A stretch of DNA of 64,000 nt, from NCBI GenBank assembly GCA_963741955.1, contig CAVUKB010000007.1, positions 384,001 to 448,000 of the forward strand, in the 5' to 3' direction. The translations under genes and the position numbers were made by a program. How positions within the stretch are numbered: position 1 is the stretch's first letter; the number at the start of each line of letters is the position of its first letter. This DNA comes from an uncultured Acidobacteriota bacterium. Its GTDB lineage: Bacteria > Acidobacteriota > Thermoanaerobaculia > Gp7-AA8. The notes below the pieces were generated by a model. That model ran no database searches. It worked only from the letters and a program-made list of their open reading frames with translations, and was not told the DNA's origin. Of this stretch, positions 1-10,541 are shown piece after piece.

Positions 1-510
1 CAGGGCGGCGGCGGCCGCGTTGATGTGCACCACCGTTCCACCGGCGAAATCGAGCGCGCCGAGCGAGGAGAGCCAGCCGCCACCCCAGATCCAGTGCGCG
101 ACCGGCGCGTATACCAGAAGCGACCAGGCCGTGATGAAGACGAGGTATCCCTTGAACCGCATCCTCTCCACGATCGCTCCGGAGATCAGAGCCGCGGTAA
201 TGACGGCGAACGTTCCCTGATACCCCATGAAAAGCAGATGCGGGATTGAACCCTTCGGCTCGAGGCCGACGTGACGCAGCAAGAAGAACGACCCGTCACC
301 TGCGACCGGCGTTCCCGCACCGAACGCGATCGAGTAGCCTGCGAGCGCCCAGGCGAGGCCGACGAACCCGAGCGCGGCGAAGCTCATCATCAGCGTGTTG
401 AGTGCGTTCTTCTCCCGCACCAGTCCTCCGTAGAAGAAGCCGAGGGCGGGGGTCATCATCAGCACCAGGGCGGAGGCGACGAGCATCCAGGCGATGTCGG
501 ATCCGTTCAT
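1..510 (-). CDS. amtB: Ammonium transporter, N-terminal part (runs off window edge)
   Basis: Not in ORF track; manual translation from ATG at 510 gives MNGSDIAWMLVASALVLMMTPALGFFYGGLVREKNALNT...FAVITAALISGAIVERM...AHWIWGGGWL..LGALDFAGGTVVHINA, the Amt signature motifs. Confidence 0.96.
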   Translation of the reverse strand, partial: MNGSDIAWMLVASALVLMMTPALGFFYGGLVREKNALNTLMMSFAALGFVGLAWALAGYSIAFGAGTPVAGDGSFFLLRHVGLEPKGSIPHLLFMGYQGTFAVITAALISGAIVERMRFKGYLVFITAWSLLVYAPVAHWIWGGGWLSSLGALDFAGGTVVHINAAAAAL

Positions 511-715
511 GGTCGCAACTCTCCTTCGAGGAAGTGAAGAAGGTGGAGGGGTGGACCGGTCGCGTGCCGGTGGTGCGGGCGCTTCGAGCGACGAGAGAGG
601 GAGGGAATCCCGCGTGCGACGCACGTGGCCGGAAGCTTCGAATGGGGGGCATGAACAAGTTTAGCGGAAGGGTGGAGGAAGAAGAGCGAAAAAAACGGTG
701 GGAGGATGAATTCAG

Positions 716-772
716 AATATATAATTTAGATTTATCATTGCTATATTATAGCGCTGATTCTAATTTATATTT
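716..772. promoter_or_regulatory. AT-rich nested inverted repeat between divergent amtB and kinase genes
   Basis: GCTATA-T-TATAGC at 740-752, flanked by ATATAATTTAGA (719-730) and TCTAATTTATAT (759-770), 1 mismatch. Confidence 0.5.
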
Positions 773-867
773 AAGAGCCATCATGGCGACCGGGCGAGTT
801 CATCGTTGGATGAATGGCTCCGACCTCGGGGCAGGAGTATCATCAGCACGCAGCAGGACAATCCGAC

Positions 868-3615
868 ATGTTGACCGCCGGCACGCGCCTCGGGCCGTAC
901 GAGATCACTGCACCCGCGGGAGCGGGCGGGATGGGAGAGGTCTACCGCGCCCGCGACACGCGCCTCGGCCGCGACGTCGCTGTGAAGATCCTCCCTTCCG
1001 AATTCGGCCAGGACGCCCAGCTGAAACTCCGCTTCGAACGGGAAGCGCAGACGATCTCGCAGCTCAATCACCCGCACATCTGCACTCTGTACGACGTGGG
1101 GGAAGCGACACTCGATGGGGGGGGGTCGGGGGCGGAAGAGACGTCGGGCGCGGCTCTCGAGCCTCGTGTCTTCAGCCTCTCGTATCTGGTGATGGAGCTC
1201 CTCGAGGGGGAAACTCTCGCGGACCAGATCGCACGAGGTCCTCTCCCTCTCGATCTCGCGCTTCGATATGCGATCGAGATCGCCGACGCGCTCGAACGCG
1301 CACACCGAAAGGGAATCGTCCATCGTGATCTCAAGCCGGGCAACGTGATGATCACCCGGTCGGGCGCGAAGCTTCTCGACTTCGGACTGGCGAAATCGGT
1401 CGAGCACGGGCCCCTCCATCTCGCGCGACCCGTCCGTGAAGACGGTTCTGGAGACATGGCCCCCACGAACACTCCGACCGCCTTCAAGCCGCTGACCGTC
1501 GAAGGGATGGTCATTGGCACGTTCCAGTACATGGCTCCGGAGCAGCTCGAAGGGGACGAGGCGGATGCGCGCACCGACATCTTCGCGTTCGGATGTCTGC
1601 TGTACGAGATGATCACCGGACGTCGGGCATTCGAAGGAAAGAGCCGGACCAGCCTCATCGCCGCGATCGTCTCGGGCCAACCGCGATCTCTGGCCGAGCT
1701 TCAGCCTGCCAGCCCACCCACTCTCGAGCGAGTGATCCGTACGTGTCTGGAGAAAGATCCCGACGACCGCTGGCAGAGTGCGCGCGATTTGAAGCGCGAG
1801 CTGGAGTGGATTCGGGAGGGAGCGCCCGGCACTTCGGAGGTGCCGGACGCCGAGAGCGCGCCACGAGCTTCCCGGCGACGCCGACTCGCCTGGTCGCTGG
1901 CGGTCCTCCTTCCGGTCGTCGCCGTTTTCGCTACATGGTTCGTGATCCGGACCCTCGCACCGACCCCGCCCGTACTGGTCTCCGCGATCGCACCACCCGA
2001 CGGGACGGAGCTGATCGTGACCGGCGACGCGGGAGGCCCCGCGACGATCTCGCCTGACGGACGCTGGGTGGTTTACGTTGCAAAGGACGACCATGGTGCG
2101 CGCCTCTGGGTGCAGTCGCTCGCGACCGGAGCACAGAAGCCGCTTCCCGAAACCACCGGCGCGATGTTTCCGTTCTGGAGACCCGACAGCCGCGCGGTCG
2201 GCTTTTTCGCCGGAGGGAAACTCAACGTTCTCGAGCTCGACGGAGCGGAACCCCGTCCGATCGCCGAGGCCGCGGACGCGCGGGGCGGCAGCTGGGGAGC
2301 TGACGGAACGATTCTCTATACCCCCTTCACCCAGGCCGGAATCTGGCGGGTGCCGGCGAACGGAGGTCCGGCCACGGAAGTGGTGAAGCTCGGGCAGCCG
2401 TTCACGACCTTGCGCTGGCCGATGATTCTCCCCGACGGGAAGCATTTCGTTTATCTCGCGGCGAGTCACGTCGATCCGGTCAGTCCTGAGACGTCGGTGT
2501 GGATCGCCGCGGTCGACGGCCGCGAGAACCGGAAACTCGTCTCGACGGTCGGCGGAGCCATCCCGTACCGTGATTACCTTCTGTTTCTCGAGGGCGACCG
2601 CCTCGTCGCGCAGCGGCTGAAAGGAGAGGAGCTCGAAGGAGAGCGGATCCCGGTCCGTGACGACGTCCGCTACGACCCGGGTACGTGGCGCACCATCGCG
2701 TCGGTCTCGAATGACGGTCTGATGGTGGTTCATCCCGGTGGGCGGCGGTCCGGCTCGAGGCTCCTCTGGTTCGACCGAGCGGGGAACATCACCGGCGAGA
2801 TTCAGCCGCAGGATACCTACACCGATGTCGCCATCGCGCCCGACGGGAAGACTCTTGCCATCGGAGTCGGAGATCCGAAGGGAGCCCTCTACCTCTATGA
2901 CCTCGAACGGAAGGTGCGGACGCGGTTCTCATATGTTGATGCGACCACCGCCGACTTTCCGGTCTGGACTCCCGACAGCAGGGAGGTGATCTTTTCCGGT
3001 CTGGATGGGGCGGGAAGGAATCGACTCTACATCAAGCCGGTGGACGGCTCCTCGAACGAGCGGTCTCTCCTCGAGGGAAAGGTGGGAATCCGTCCGACGG
3101 ACGTCTCGCCGGATGGAAAAATCCTGCTGTACGACGAACAGAAGCCGGGAGAGGGAGATGTGATGGGAATCCCGATCGCGGGCGGAAAACCGTTCGTGGT
3201 CATCGGAGGGTCAGGTCAGCAGAATGACGGACACTTCTCTCCCGATGGAAAATGGATCGCCTACGTCTCGATCTGGAGCGGTGGCCGAGCGGTCTTCGTC
3301 ACCCCTTATCCCGGTCCCGGCGGCAAATGGCAGGTCTCCGGTGACAACAGCGCCCTCTACTGCTGGTGGGGAGGTGAGGGGAAAGAGATTCTCTACCTCG
3401 GCGCGGACGGTTCGATGTATGCGGTGAGCGTCTCGTTCGACGGAGGATCGGTCCGGCTCGGCGCGCCGCAGAGACTGTTCAGCATCACCGTCAATACCAA
3501 CAGCCGAAGCCTTGGGGTCAGCCGCGATGGGATGCACTTCCTCGCTCGCGTTCCGGCAGATCAGGCGGGTGGAGCCGCGATGCTGGTCCAGAACTGGGAT
3601 TCGGCGCTGCGATGA
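868..3615 (+). CDS. Ser/Thr (Hanks) protein kinase with TM helix and C-terminal TolB/PD40-like beta-propellers
   Basis: [36 protein letters not shown]; hydrophobic [21 protein letters not shown]; repeated SPDG motifs. Confidence 0.95.
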   Translation: MLTAGTRLGPYEITAPAGAGGMGEVYRARDTRLGRDVAVKILPSEFGQDAQLKLRFEREAQTISQLNHPHICTLYDVGEATLDGGGSGAEETSGAALEPRVFSLSYLVMELLEGETLADQIARGPLPLDLALRYAIEIADALERAHRKGIVHRDLKPGNVMITRSGAKLLDFGLAKSVEHGPLHLARPVREDGSGDMAPTNTPTAFKPLTVEGMVIGTFQYMAPEQLEGDEADARTDIFAFGCLLYEMITGRRAFEGKSRTSLIAAIVSGQPRSLAELQPASPPTLERVIRTCLEKDPDDRWQSARDLKRELEWIREGAPGTSEVPDAESAPRASRRRRLAWSLAVLLPVVAVFATWFVIRTLAPTPPVLVSAIAPPDGTELIVTGDAGGPATISPDGRWVVYVAKDDHGARLWVQSLATGAQKPLPETTGAMFPFWRPDSRAVGFFAGGKLNVLELDGAEPRPIAEAADARGGSWGADGTILYTPFTQAGIWRVPANGGPATEVVKLGQPFTTLRWPMILPDGKHFVYLAASHVDPVSPETSVWIAAVDGRENRKLVSTVGGAIPYRDYLLFLEGDRLVAQRLKGEELEGERIPVRDDVRYDPGTWRTIASVSNDGLMVVHPGGRRSGSRLLWFDRAGNITGEIQPQDTYTDVAIAPDGKTLAIGVGDPKGALYLYDLERKVRTRFSYVDATTADFPVWTPDSREVIFSGLDGAGRNRLYIKPVDGSSNERSLLEGKVGIRPTDVSPDGKILLYDEQKPGEGDVMGIPIAGGKPFVVIGGSGQQNDGHFSPDGKWIAYVSIWSGGRAVFVTPYPGPGGKWQVSGDNSALYCWWGGEGKEILYLGADGSMYAVSVSFDGGSVRLGAPQRLFSITVNTNSRSLGVSRDGMHFLARVPADQAGGAAMLVQNWDSALR

Positions 3616-3749
3616 CGCCACGTCGCCCGCACTTCCCGGGAACGAATGCGGAGCGTAGGGCGAGTGCTGACTTCGCTTCTGCGACGAAATTCGTCTCGGT
3701 TCGCTCCGAACACGAATTCCGCGGCGGATTTCGAATCCGCACTCCAGCG

Positions 3750-4214
3750 TCAGAAGCGCAGCCGTGCGATCTTCCGCCCGACGATGCGCATCGTCTCGGG
3801 CGGCAACTGGACGTGAACTTCCTCGTCGGGACTGGTGACGTCGATCATCAGTCCTCCATTGCGCTTTGAGATCTGCACGTGCTGGTCGCCGTCGTGCACT
3901 TCCACCAGCACGGCGTCGGGAATGCGGTCGAGCTCCGCAGCCATGGCCTGGAGTGCGGGACCCCACTGTTCGACATCGTCGTCGTGAACGTCGATCCCCC
4001 AGACTGGTGTGAGCCGGAGCACGGTGTTCACGATTCCGCTGGGGAGGGAGATCGCGACCCGGTCGCCGGAACGGTGGTCGGTGACGTGGACCCGCATTGC
4101 GCCGGGACCCGTGACCGCGTTGTAGACGGCCCACGCTCCTGCGGTGATGGCGACAGCCCCGAGAATCAGAACGGCGAAGACGGCGATGAGTGCGGTTTTC
4201 GCGGCGCGGGTCAT
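3750..4214 (-). CDS. Hypothetical membrane-anchored/exported protein
   Basis: ATG at 4214 with AAGGAG RBS, overlaps stop of upstream gene; N-terminal hydrophobic helix. Confidence 0.75.
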   Translation of the reverse strand: MTRAAKTALIAVFAVLILGAVAITAGAWAVYNAVTGPGAMRVHVTDHRSGDRVAISLPSGIVNTVLRLTPVWGIDVHDDDVEQWGPALQAMAAELDRIPDAVLVEVHDGDQHVQISKRNGGLMIDVTSPDEEVHVQLPPETMRIVGRKIARLRF

Positions 4215-4801
4215 GGCTGGCTCTCCTTTGCTCCGCTGGCGATGGCCGGAGCGGTTGCGGTCATCGCGTCGTCGATCCAGATCCGGACCGTCGCGTCTTC
4301 CGATCTCACGGTGAGGAGCTGGCCGGCTCCGCGACGGATCATCTCTGCCGCGGCGGCCTGCGGATTCACGTGATCGCCGGGTGCGCTGGTGAGTGCCGCG
4401 GCGAGTGCCCATGGCATGGTGATCGTCGCCGGTCCGTCGTGGTGACTCCTGCCGGTGATCTCGATCCATTCGCCCCGGCGTGTGACCGACGCATCGTCGT
4501 CGAGAGTGACGACCGTTCCTTCGGGTTGGTTGCGGACCGCTTCGACCGCGCGGCGCAGATCGGCCCCTTCGACGTGGCCGTTGCGGGTGTGGATCTCACA
4601 GCGATCCCCCGATTCCTTCGGGATAAGGGGTAGCGCATGCTGGATGGCCGAAAGAGGGAAATTGACGTTGACGGTCTTCGGATGGCCATCCCAGCGCGTC
4701 TCCTCCACCCGGAGGTGGATCCAGAGGTCGGCGGCCATCAGCGGCGCGGTGGTGAAGACCACCACACAGACTGCTGCGAGTGTTCTGAGGAGGCTTCTCA
4801 T
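4211..4801 (-). CDS. Hypothetical exported protein
   Basis: Signal peptide MRSLLRTLAAVCVVVFTTAPLMA; beta-rich, resembles downstream partner. Confidence 0.75.
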   Translation of the reverse strand: MRSLLRTLAAVCVVVFTTAPLMAADLWIHLRVEETRWDGHPKTVNVNFPLSAIQHALPLIPKESGDRCEIHTRNGHVEGADLRRAVEAVRNQPEGTVVTLDDDASVTRRGEWIEITGRSHHDGPATITMPWALAAALTSAPGDHVNPQAAAAEMIRRGAGQLLTVRSEDATVRIWIDDAMTATAPAIASGAKESQP

Positions 4802-4936
4802 ACCCTTCTGTACGAAACGGGGAGGGGAAGGTTTACCCCGGATCATTACGGTTACGGGGATGAGCCGGTGCGATCCCGGGACTCCGCATTCGCCGGTGGA
4901 GGCGCGATCGCAGGTGAGAGTGGCTGCGGGAGGGCG

Positions 4937-5102
4937 TCAGTTCGGGGCTTGTGCTCCCTCCAGCCGCTGCAGGAGCGCCCGGAAGCGCGGCTCTTTGCGG
5001 ATCGATGCGAGGTCGGGATCGCGTCCGATCGCGCCTGCATCGGAGACACCGAGTGAAACCGCCCTTTCCAGAGCGTCGAGCGCCTTTTCGGAACGGCCTA
5101 GA
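4937..5102 (-). pseudogene. 3' fragment (TPR-end region) of the IS-interrupted esterase-TPR gene
   Basis: LGRSEKALDALERAVSLGVSDAGAIGRDPDLASIRKEPRFRALL continues in frame from ...WYNTACAEARLG once the IS and one TSD are removed. Confidence 0.92.
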
Positions 5103-5201
5103 CTGAAGTTCCCGGGGGTTTTCGCAGAGAAGTGCTGTGTTTTCTTGAAGATGACCTCGATTTGTATGCAAGAATGTAGCCATGTAAGTGTGATTACTGC
5201 A

Positions 5202-5230
5202 TTGACAGGTGTGAATAGTACTGGCATACT
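5202..5230 (+). promoter_or_regulatory. Sigma70-type promoter of the transposase
   Basis: TTGACA (5202-5207), 17-bp spacer, CATACT (5225-5230), 6 nt before ATG. Confidence 0.7.
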
Positions 5231-5236
5231 GTGGCC

Positions 5237-6943
5237 ATGCACATCGACATCGTGCCGAACCGCAACTCGGCCCCGGCCGTCCTGCTGCGCGAGTCCTACC
5301 GGGTGGGGGCCAAGGTCCGAAAACGCACGCTGGCCAATCTCTCGGCCCTGCCGGCCGATCAGATCGACGCGATTCGCAGAATCTTGAAGGGCGAGAGGCT
5401 CGCCCCGATCGCCGAGCTGTTCGAGATCATTCGATCGGTCCATCACGGTCATGTCGAAGCCGTCCAGATCGCAATCAAGCAACTCGGCTTCGCTTCGCTC
5501 GTTGCATCTCGCTCGTGCCGCGAGCGTGATCTGGTCCTCGCCATGGTGGCGGCTCGTATCCTTGCCCCGCGCAGCAAGCTCAGCACCGTGCGGTCATGGC
5601 ACACCTCGACGATTCCCGAAGTCTTCGGTGTCACCGATGCCGATGAAGACGACCTCTATGGCGCGCTCGATTGGCTGCTTGGCCGACAAGACGCAATCGA
5701 AAAGAAACTCGCAGCGAGACATCTGCCCAAGGGCGGTCTGGTCCTGTACGACCTGAGCTCGAGCTATTTCGAGGGAGAGAGCTGCCCGCTCGCCATGCGC
5801 GGCCACAACCGGGATGGCAAGAAGGGCAAGCTTCAGGTCAACTACGGACTGCTGACCGACCGCCGTGGGTGCCCCGTAGCAGTGAGTGTCTTCGATGGCA
5901 ACACCAGTGACCCCAGGACATTGATGCCTCAGGTCGAGAAACTACAGAAGACCTTCACGATCGAGAAGTTTGTTCTCGTTGGCGATCGCGGCATGATCTC
6001 GCAGAAGCAAATCGATGATCTCCGTCAGCGAGACGGCATTGATTGGATTACGGCCCTCAGGAGCGTGACGATTCAAAAGCTCGTTGACGCCGGTCATATC
6101 CAGCTCGGGCTGTTCGACACGCGCAATCTTTTCGAGATGACCCATCCCGATTTCCCGGGCGAGCGACTGGTGGCCTGTCGCAATGCGGATCTGGCCCGGT
6201 TGCGCGCGCACAAACGCGAGTCGCTCCTCGAGGCTACGCTCAAGGAATTGGAGAAAGTGCGAGGGATGGTCTCGCACGGCAAGCTCCAAGGAAAGGACGT
6301 CATTGGCGTACGCGTCGGCAAGGTGATCGACAAGTACAAGGTCGCCAAACACATTGTCCTGGACATTCGCGATGACGGGCTTGACTTCCACATCGACGCG
6401 GACAAGGTGGCGCGCGAGGCTTCCCTCGATGGGCTCTATGTCGTAAGGACCAGCGTGGCCGCCGAGACTCTTGGCACCGACGACGTCGTGCGCAGTTACA
6501 AGCTGCTCAGTCAGGTCGAGCGGGCCTTTCGCTCACTGAAGACTGTCGATCTCCAGGTGCGGCCCATCCGCCACCGGCTCGAGGAGCGCGTCAAGGCTCA
6601 CATCTTCCTCTGCATGCTGGCCTACTACGTGGCCTGGCACATGATGGAAGCCTGGCGCCCACTGCTTTTCTCCGACGAGGACCAGCAGGCAAAAACGAGC
6701 CGTGATCCCGTTGCTCCCGCAAAACGATCAGCGAAAGCGCTCGATAAGATCCATTCGAAGGTACTCGACGACGGCACTCCCGCCCACAGCTTTCAGACCC
6801 TGCTCGCAGACCTGAGCACCATCGTCCGCAACACCGCTCGCCGTCCGGGCGCATCCAACGACGAGTCCACCTTCGACCTCGTCACCACCCCAGGCCTAAC
6901 TCAACAGCGCGCCTTCGATCTGCTCAAGTCCATCCACTTGTAG
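5237..6943 (+). CDS. IS1634-family DDE transposase
   Basis: LLRESYR..GKVRKRTLANLS, LYDLSSSYFEG, GHNRDGK, VGDRGM, YKLLSQVERAFRSLK, RVKAHIFLCMLAY; uninterrupted ORF. Confidence 0.93.
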   Translation: MHIDIVPNRNSAPAVLLRESYRVGAKVRKRTLANLSALPADQIDAIRRILKGERLAPIAELFEIIRSVHHGHVEAVQIAIKQLGFASLVASRSCRERDLVLAMVAARILAPRSKLSTVRSWHTSTIPEVFGVTDADEDDLYGALDWLLGRQDAIEKKLAARHLPKGGLVLYDLSSSYFEGESCPLAMRGHNRDGKKGKLQVNYGLLTDRRGCPVAVSVFDGNTSDPRTLMPQVEKLQKTFTIEKFVLVGDRGMISQKQIDDLRQRDGIDWITALRSVTIQKLVDAGHIQLGLFDTRNLFEMTHPDFPGERLVACRNADLARLRAHKRESLLEATLKELEKVRGMVSHGKLQGKDVIGVRVGKVIDKYKVAKHIVLDIRDDGLDFHIDADKVAREASLDGLYVVRTSVAAETLGTDDVVRSYKLLSQVERAFRSLKTVDLQVRPIRHRLEERVKAHIFLCMLAYYVAWHMMEAWRPLLFSDEDQQAKTSRDPVAPAKRSAKALDKIHSKVLDDGTPAHSFQTLLADLSTIVRNTARRPGASNDESTFDLVTTPGLTQQRAFDLLKSIHL

Positions 6944-7022
6944 ACAGAAGCCTGCACGCATATTCCTGCCTATCTCCCTGAATTTACAGCGGATCCTTGC
7001 CTATAGCCCCAGGGAACTTCAG

Positions 7023-8272
7023 CCTAGACGCGCCTCGGCGCAAGCAGTGTTGTACCAGGCGAATGGCGCGTCGCCATGGATCCTCAGTGCGATCTCGAGC
7101 ACCAGGAGCGCGTGGTCGTACCGTTTTGCGGCGAGGAAGTCGCGTGTGAGGTAGAACGCGCACTGCACGAAGATCTCTTCGAGTGCCCGCGTCGCGCTCG
7201 ATCCGGCATAATCGTCGCGTCGTGCGAGCTCCGAGAGTCGGTCCAGATCGAGCATCCGCATGGCCGACCCGGGAGTGACGGCTTCATGTCCGCGCACGTC
7301 CGCCACGAAGCGGACGAGACGCTGCTGCTCGTCGCGCTCGAACCGGTCCCAGTCACGCTCTTCTTTCCTGTCGGCGGCAACGCGTGGATCCTGTTCCAGA
7401 CCTTCCATGCGAGTCTTCGCCTCACGGACGTCGCAGAGGCCCTCGTACGTGCCGACGATGGCGCGGAAATGGCGCCACGTGTCGATTGCGCGTTCGCCGT
7501 CGGAAGCTTCGCGGGCGGCCATCAGCTCAGCGACGTACGAACGGGCGATCATCGCCTCGTTGCGTGGTGCCGAGCCTCGACGCATCGCCTGCAGCTCCAT
7601 CCACGCGACTGCTTCGGTGGCGAGATCCTGCGGCATCCAGCTGTGACGGCCGGCGAATACCTCCAGACGATGCGGGATTCCCCTCCGCTCGAGCAGATCG
7701 TCCATCGCCCGCATCTCGAGAAAGTTGAAGTCCGCATCGCCGGTGGTACCGAACATGGGGCAGTTGAAGACCTCCGGAGCCAGTCCCTCCGCGATCCGTC
7801 CGCACGCGGCAATCACCCCCGCGAGTTGTCCGGTCGCTCCGGCGACTCCCCACGCCACAGCCACGCCTCCGGAAAAGCCGGCGGCGTAGATCCGTTGCGG
7901 GTCGGAGCGGAAGCGGGTGTGAACTTCCGGCCAGAGTGCGTTCACCGCCCTCTGGTTCGGTTCCCATGGTCCGTCGCTGCGTGTGTCGTTCGAGCTCACG
8001 ACGATCCAGCCGAAGCGTTCGGCGGCGGGGCGGAAAAGCTCCGCGCCGAGGGTTCCCCTCCCGCGCGGATCGAAGACGAGAAGCACCGGCCATTGGCGGG
8101 AAGCGTCGTAAGCCGATGGCAGATAGAGCGTGTAGCTCTGAGTGGGGTCGGAGCTGCAGTGGAATCCTTCGATGAGCGAGCCGGGAATCAAAGGAGGCGC
8201 TGTTCCGCCCCGCGCTCCCGCTGCGGCGAGGAGCGCGAGGAACGAGAGAATCGCGAGCATCTTTGCCTGCAT
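7023..8272 (-). pseudogene. Exported alpha/beta-hydrolase (esterase) with C-terminal TPR, 5' part, interrupted by IS
   Basis: Signal peptide, YTLYLPSAY, nucleophile elbow AGFSGG, late GRHSW histidine; stop codon supplied by the IS end. Confidence 0.85.
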
Positions 8273-8440
8273 CGATCGAGTATAGAAGGATCCACCGGCC
8301 CGGAATGGCGGGGGAGAAAACGTTTGCGCGAGCGTTGCAGCGCGGAAGGGCCGATGCGGACTCGACCGAACGAATCCGGTCCGGTTCCGCCGGCCCGCGT
8401 TGTGGCGTCGCCAGCTTCGAAGGAATAGGATTGTCTCTTC

Positions 8441-8821
8441 ATGCGAAGAGTTCGGAAACTCCTCCTTGTCGAGGACGACGTCGATGTGGCGGCCGGGCTG
8501 TCGGAGCTCCTCTCTTCCGAAGGGTTCGACGTGGCGGTCGCGGAACGGGGCGGAGAAGCGGAGGACCTGGTGGAGCGGTTCGAACCTGACCTCGTGGTGC
8601 TCGATCTTCGTCTGCCGGACCTCGACGGCAATGAGGTCCGCCGCAGACTCCGCTCGCGCTGGCCGCAGCTTCCGATCGTGTTGTCGAGCGGAAACGCAGA
8701 CGTGCAGCGCCTCGAAGAGACGATCGACCCGAGGGTGACGGCCTTTCTGGCCAAACCGTACGATCTCGACACTCTTCTCGCGGTGATCGAGCGGCTCTGC
8801 GGTGAAGAGGATCGAACGTGA
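8441..8821 (+). CDS. Single-domain response regulator (receiver)
   Basis: LLVEDD, DLVVLDLRLPDLDG, LSSG, FLAKPY. Confidence 0.93.
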   Translation: MRRVRKLLLVEDDVDVAAGLSELLSSEGFDVAVAERGGEAEDLVERFEPDLVVLDLRLPDLDGNEVRRRLRSRWPQLPIVLSSGNADVQRLEETIDPRVTAFLAKPYDLDTLLAVIERLCGEEDRT

Positions 8822-10008
8822 AGAGAGACCGAAGAGAGTTGCTCCTGCTCGGCGTGTCTCTCTTCCTCGCGGCGATCTCGGCGGTACAGACGGAGGGCGC
8901 AGTGAAAGCCAACGAACGCCCGAGACTGAGAGATCTCGGCGTGACGGTCGGTGTTCTCCCGACCGGACCTCTCAATGCCATCACGGATGTCGGCGGCATT
9001 CGAGTCGGCCAGGTGACCCTCATCCGCGGCGAGAACATACGCACCGGGGTCACCGCGATTCTCCCGCACGACGGGAATCTCTTCCGAGAGAAAGTTCCCG
9101 GAGCGATCTTCGTCGGAAACGGATTCGGCAAGCTGATGGGATCCACTCAGGTTCGGGAACTGGGCGAGATCGAGACGCCCATCCTTCTCACCTCCACTCT
9201 CGACGTGCCGAAGGTCGCCGACGCTCTGATCGATTACATGCTCGCACTTCCCGGGAACGAAGACGTCCGTTCGATCAACCCGGTGGTGGGGGAGACGAAC
9301 GACGGCCGCCTGAACGAGATCCGCTCGCGTCCGGTCGGGAAAGAAGAAGTCTTCGCTGCGATCCGGAACGCGCGCGGCGGCGCGATCGAAGAAGGATCGG
9401 TCGGTGCCGGTACCGGGACCATCGCGTTCGGCTTCAAGGGAGGAATCGGCACGGCGTCGAGACGTCTTCCGGAGTCGATGGGCGGCTACACCGTGGGCGT
9501 TCTCGTACAGACCAACTTCGGCGGTGTGCTGTCGATCGCGGGCGTGCCGGTCGGGAAGGAGCTCGGCCGTTACGAGTTGCGCGAAGAGCTCGATCGAGCT
9601 GGGGCGGGTGCCGATCGCGCGGACGGCTCATGCATGATCGTGATCGCAACGGACGCGCCGCTCGACGCACGGAATCTCGAGCGGATGGCGGCCCGCGGGA
9701 TCATGGGACTCGCGCGCACCGGCGCAGGCGGATCGAACGGGAGCGGCGACTACGCCATCGCCTTCTCGACTTCGCCGGATGTGCGTATCCGGGTCGGTGA
9801 GGGAGCGGTCCGCCACGTGAAGCTGGTGGCGAACGATGCGATGTCGCCGCTCTTTCTCGCGGCGATCGAAGCGACCGAAGAAGCGATCGACAACTCGCTT
9901 CTCCGAGCGACGACCATCACGGGCAATGGGATTACTGTCGACGCGCTGCCGATCGACGAGACCGTCGAGATCCTGCGGAGGTACGGTCGCATTCCCGCGA
10001 AGCGTTGA
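8818..10008 (+). CDS. DmpA/P1 (S58) family aminopeptidase, exported
   Basis: NAITDVGGIRVG, RTGVTAILP, PVVGETNDG, GAGTG, FKGGIGTASR, DGS autocleavage site, NGSGD. Confidence 0.93.
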   Translation: MKRDRRELLLLGVSLFLAAISAVQTEGAVKANERPRLRDLGVTVGVLPTGPLNAITDVGGIRVGQVTLIRGENIRTGVTAILPHDGNLFREKVPGAIFVGNGFGKLMGSTQVRELGEIETPILLTSTLDVPKVADALIDYMLALPGNEDVRSINPVVGETNDGRLNEIRSRPVGKEEVFAAIRNARGGAIEEGSVGAGTGTIAFGFKGGIGTASRRLPESMGGYTVGVLVQTNFGGVLSIAGVPVGKELGRYELREELDRAGAGADRADGSCMIVIATDAPLDARNLERMAARGIMGLARTGAGGSNGSGDYAIAFSTSPDVRIRVGEGAVRHVKLVANDAMSPLFLAAIEATEEAIDNSLLRATTITGNGITVDALPIDETVEILRRYGRIPAKR

Positions 10009-10020
10009 AGAAACGCGCCG

Positions 10021-10203
10021 CTATTCCCGCGGCGCCTTCTCCACGTTCGGCACGCTTCTGCGCTCTTCCGGTCGTGCCGGCCGTTCCTCGCGCGACTCCT
10101 CTTCCCGTTCGACGAAGTCGCGCTCCACGTCTGCATCCGAGCGGATCCGGTGATCGCGCTTCTTTTCATGATCGGCAATCGATTTGTTCGTGCTGTCCGA
10201 CAT
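10021..10203 (-). CDS. Small highly charged hypothetical protein
   Basis: GGAGGGAGGA RBS upstream of ATG at 10203; 60 aa, E/R-rich. Confidence 0.55.
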   Translation of the reverse strand: MSDSTNKSIADHEKKRDHRIRSDADVERDFVEREEESREERPARPEERRSVPNVEKAPRE

Positions 10204-10307
10204 GTTCAACTCCTCCCTCCACCGAGTACAGCAAGACTCCGGCCGGATCCGCGCGCCCGGGGCGCGGAACGCTTCTTGCGGAAGAAAGAAGGGGAAGGAG
10301 GAAGTCG

Positions 10308-10541
10308 ATGGCCAAAAACCGGGACAACATGGGTGGTCCGACCGAGAATCAGAGAACGGAAGAGCATCAGAAGGGAGAAGAACGGAGCCGCGGGCACGGC
10401 GAAGGCGGCCTGACCATTCCGGACGACGTCGCCCGTACCCACAAGGCCGAGAGTTCCGGAAAGCTCTTCGAGTCGCAGCACACGGCGAAGAAAGAAGACC
10501 TCAAACGGAAACACGAGGTGAGGAAGAACGATGAAGAATGA
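10308..10541 (+). CDS. Small hydrophilic hypothetical protein
   Basis: AAGGAGG RBS before ATG 10308; 77 aa, E/K/G/H-rich. Confidence 0.65.
   Translation: MAKNRDNMGGPTENQRTEEHQKGEERSRGHGEGGLTIPDDVARTHKAESSGKLFESQHTAKKEDLKRKHEVRKNDEE

Larger units (their letters stand above)
5103..7022 (+). mobile_element. IS1634-family insertion sequence, 1,920 bp
   Basis: TIRs CTGAAGTTCCCGGGGG (5103-5118) and CCCCAGGGAACTTCAG (7007-7022), 15/16 match; direct repeat CCTAGA at 5097-5102 and 7023-7028. Confidence 0.95.

Noticed and set aside
781-2733. Long antisense ORFs (also 20950-23091, 26029-27687, 28818-30611, 55813-57471)
   Set aside because: Shadow frames of well-supported genes, expected in high-GC DNA
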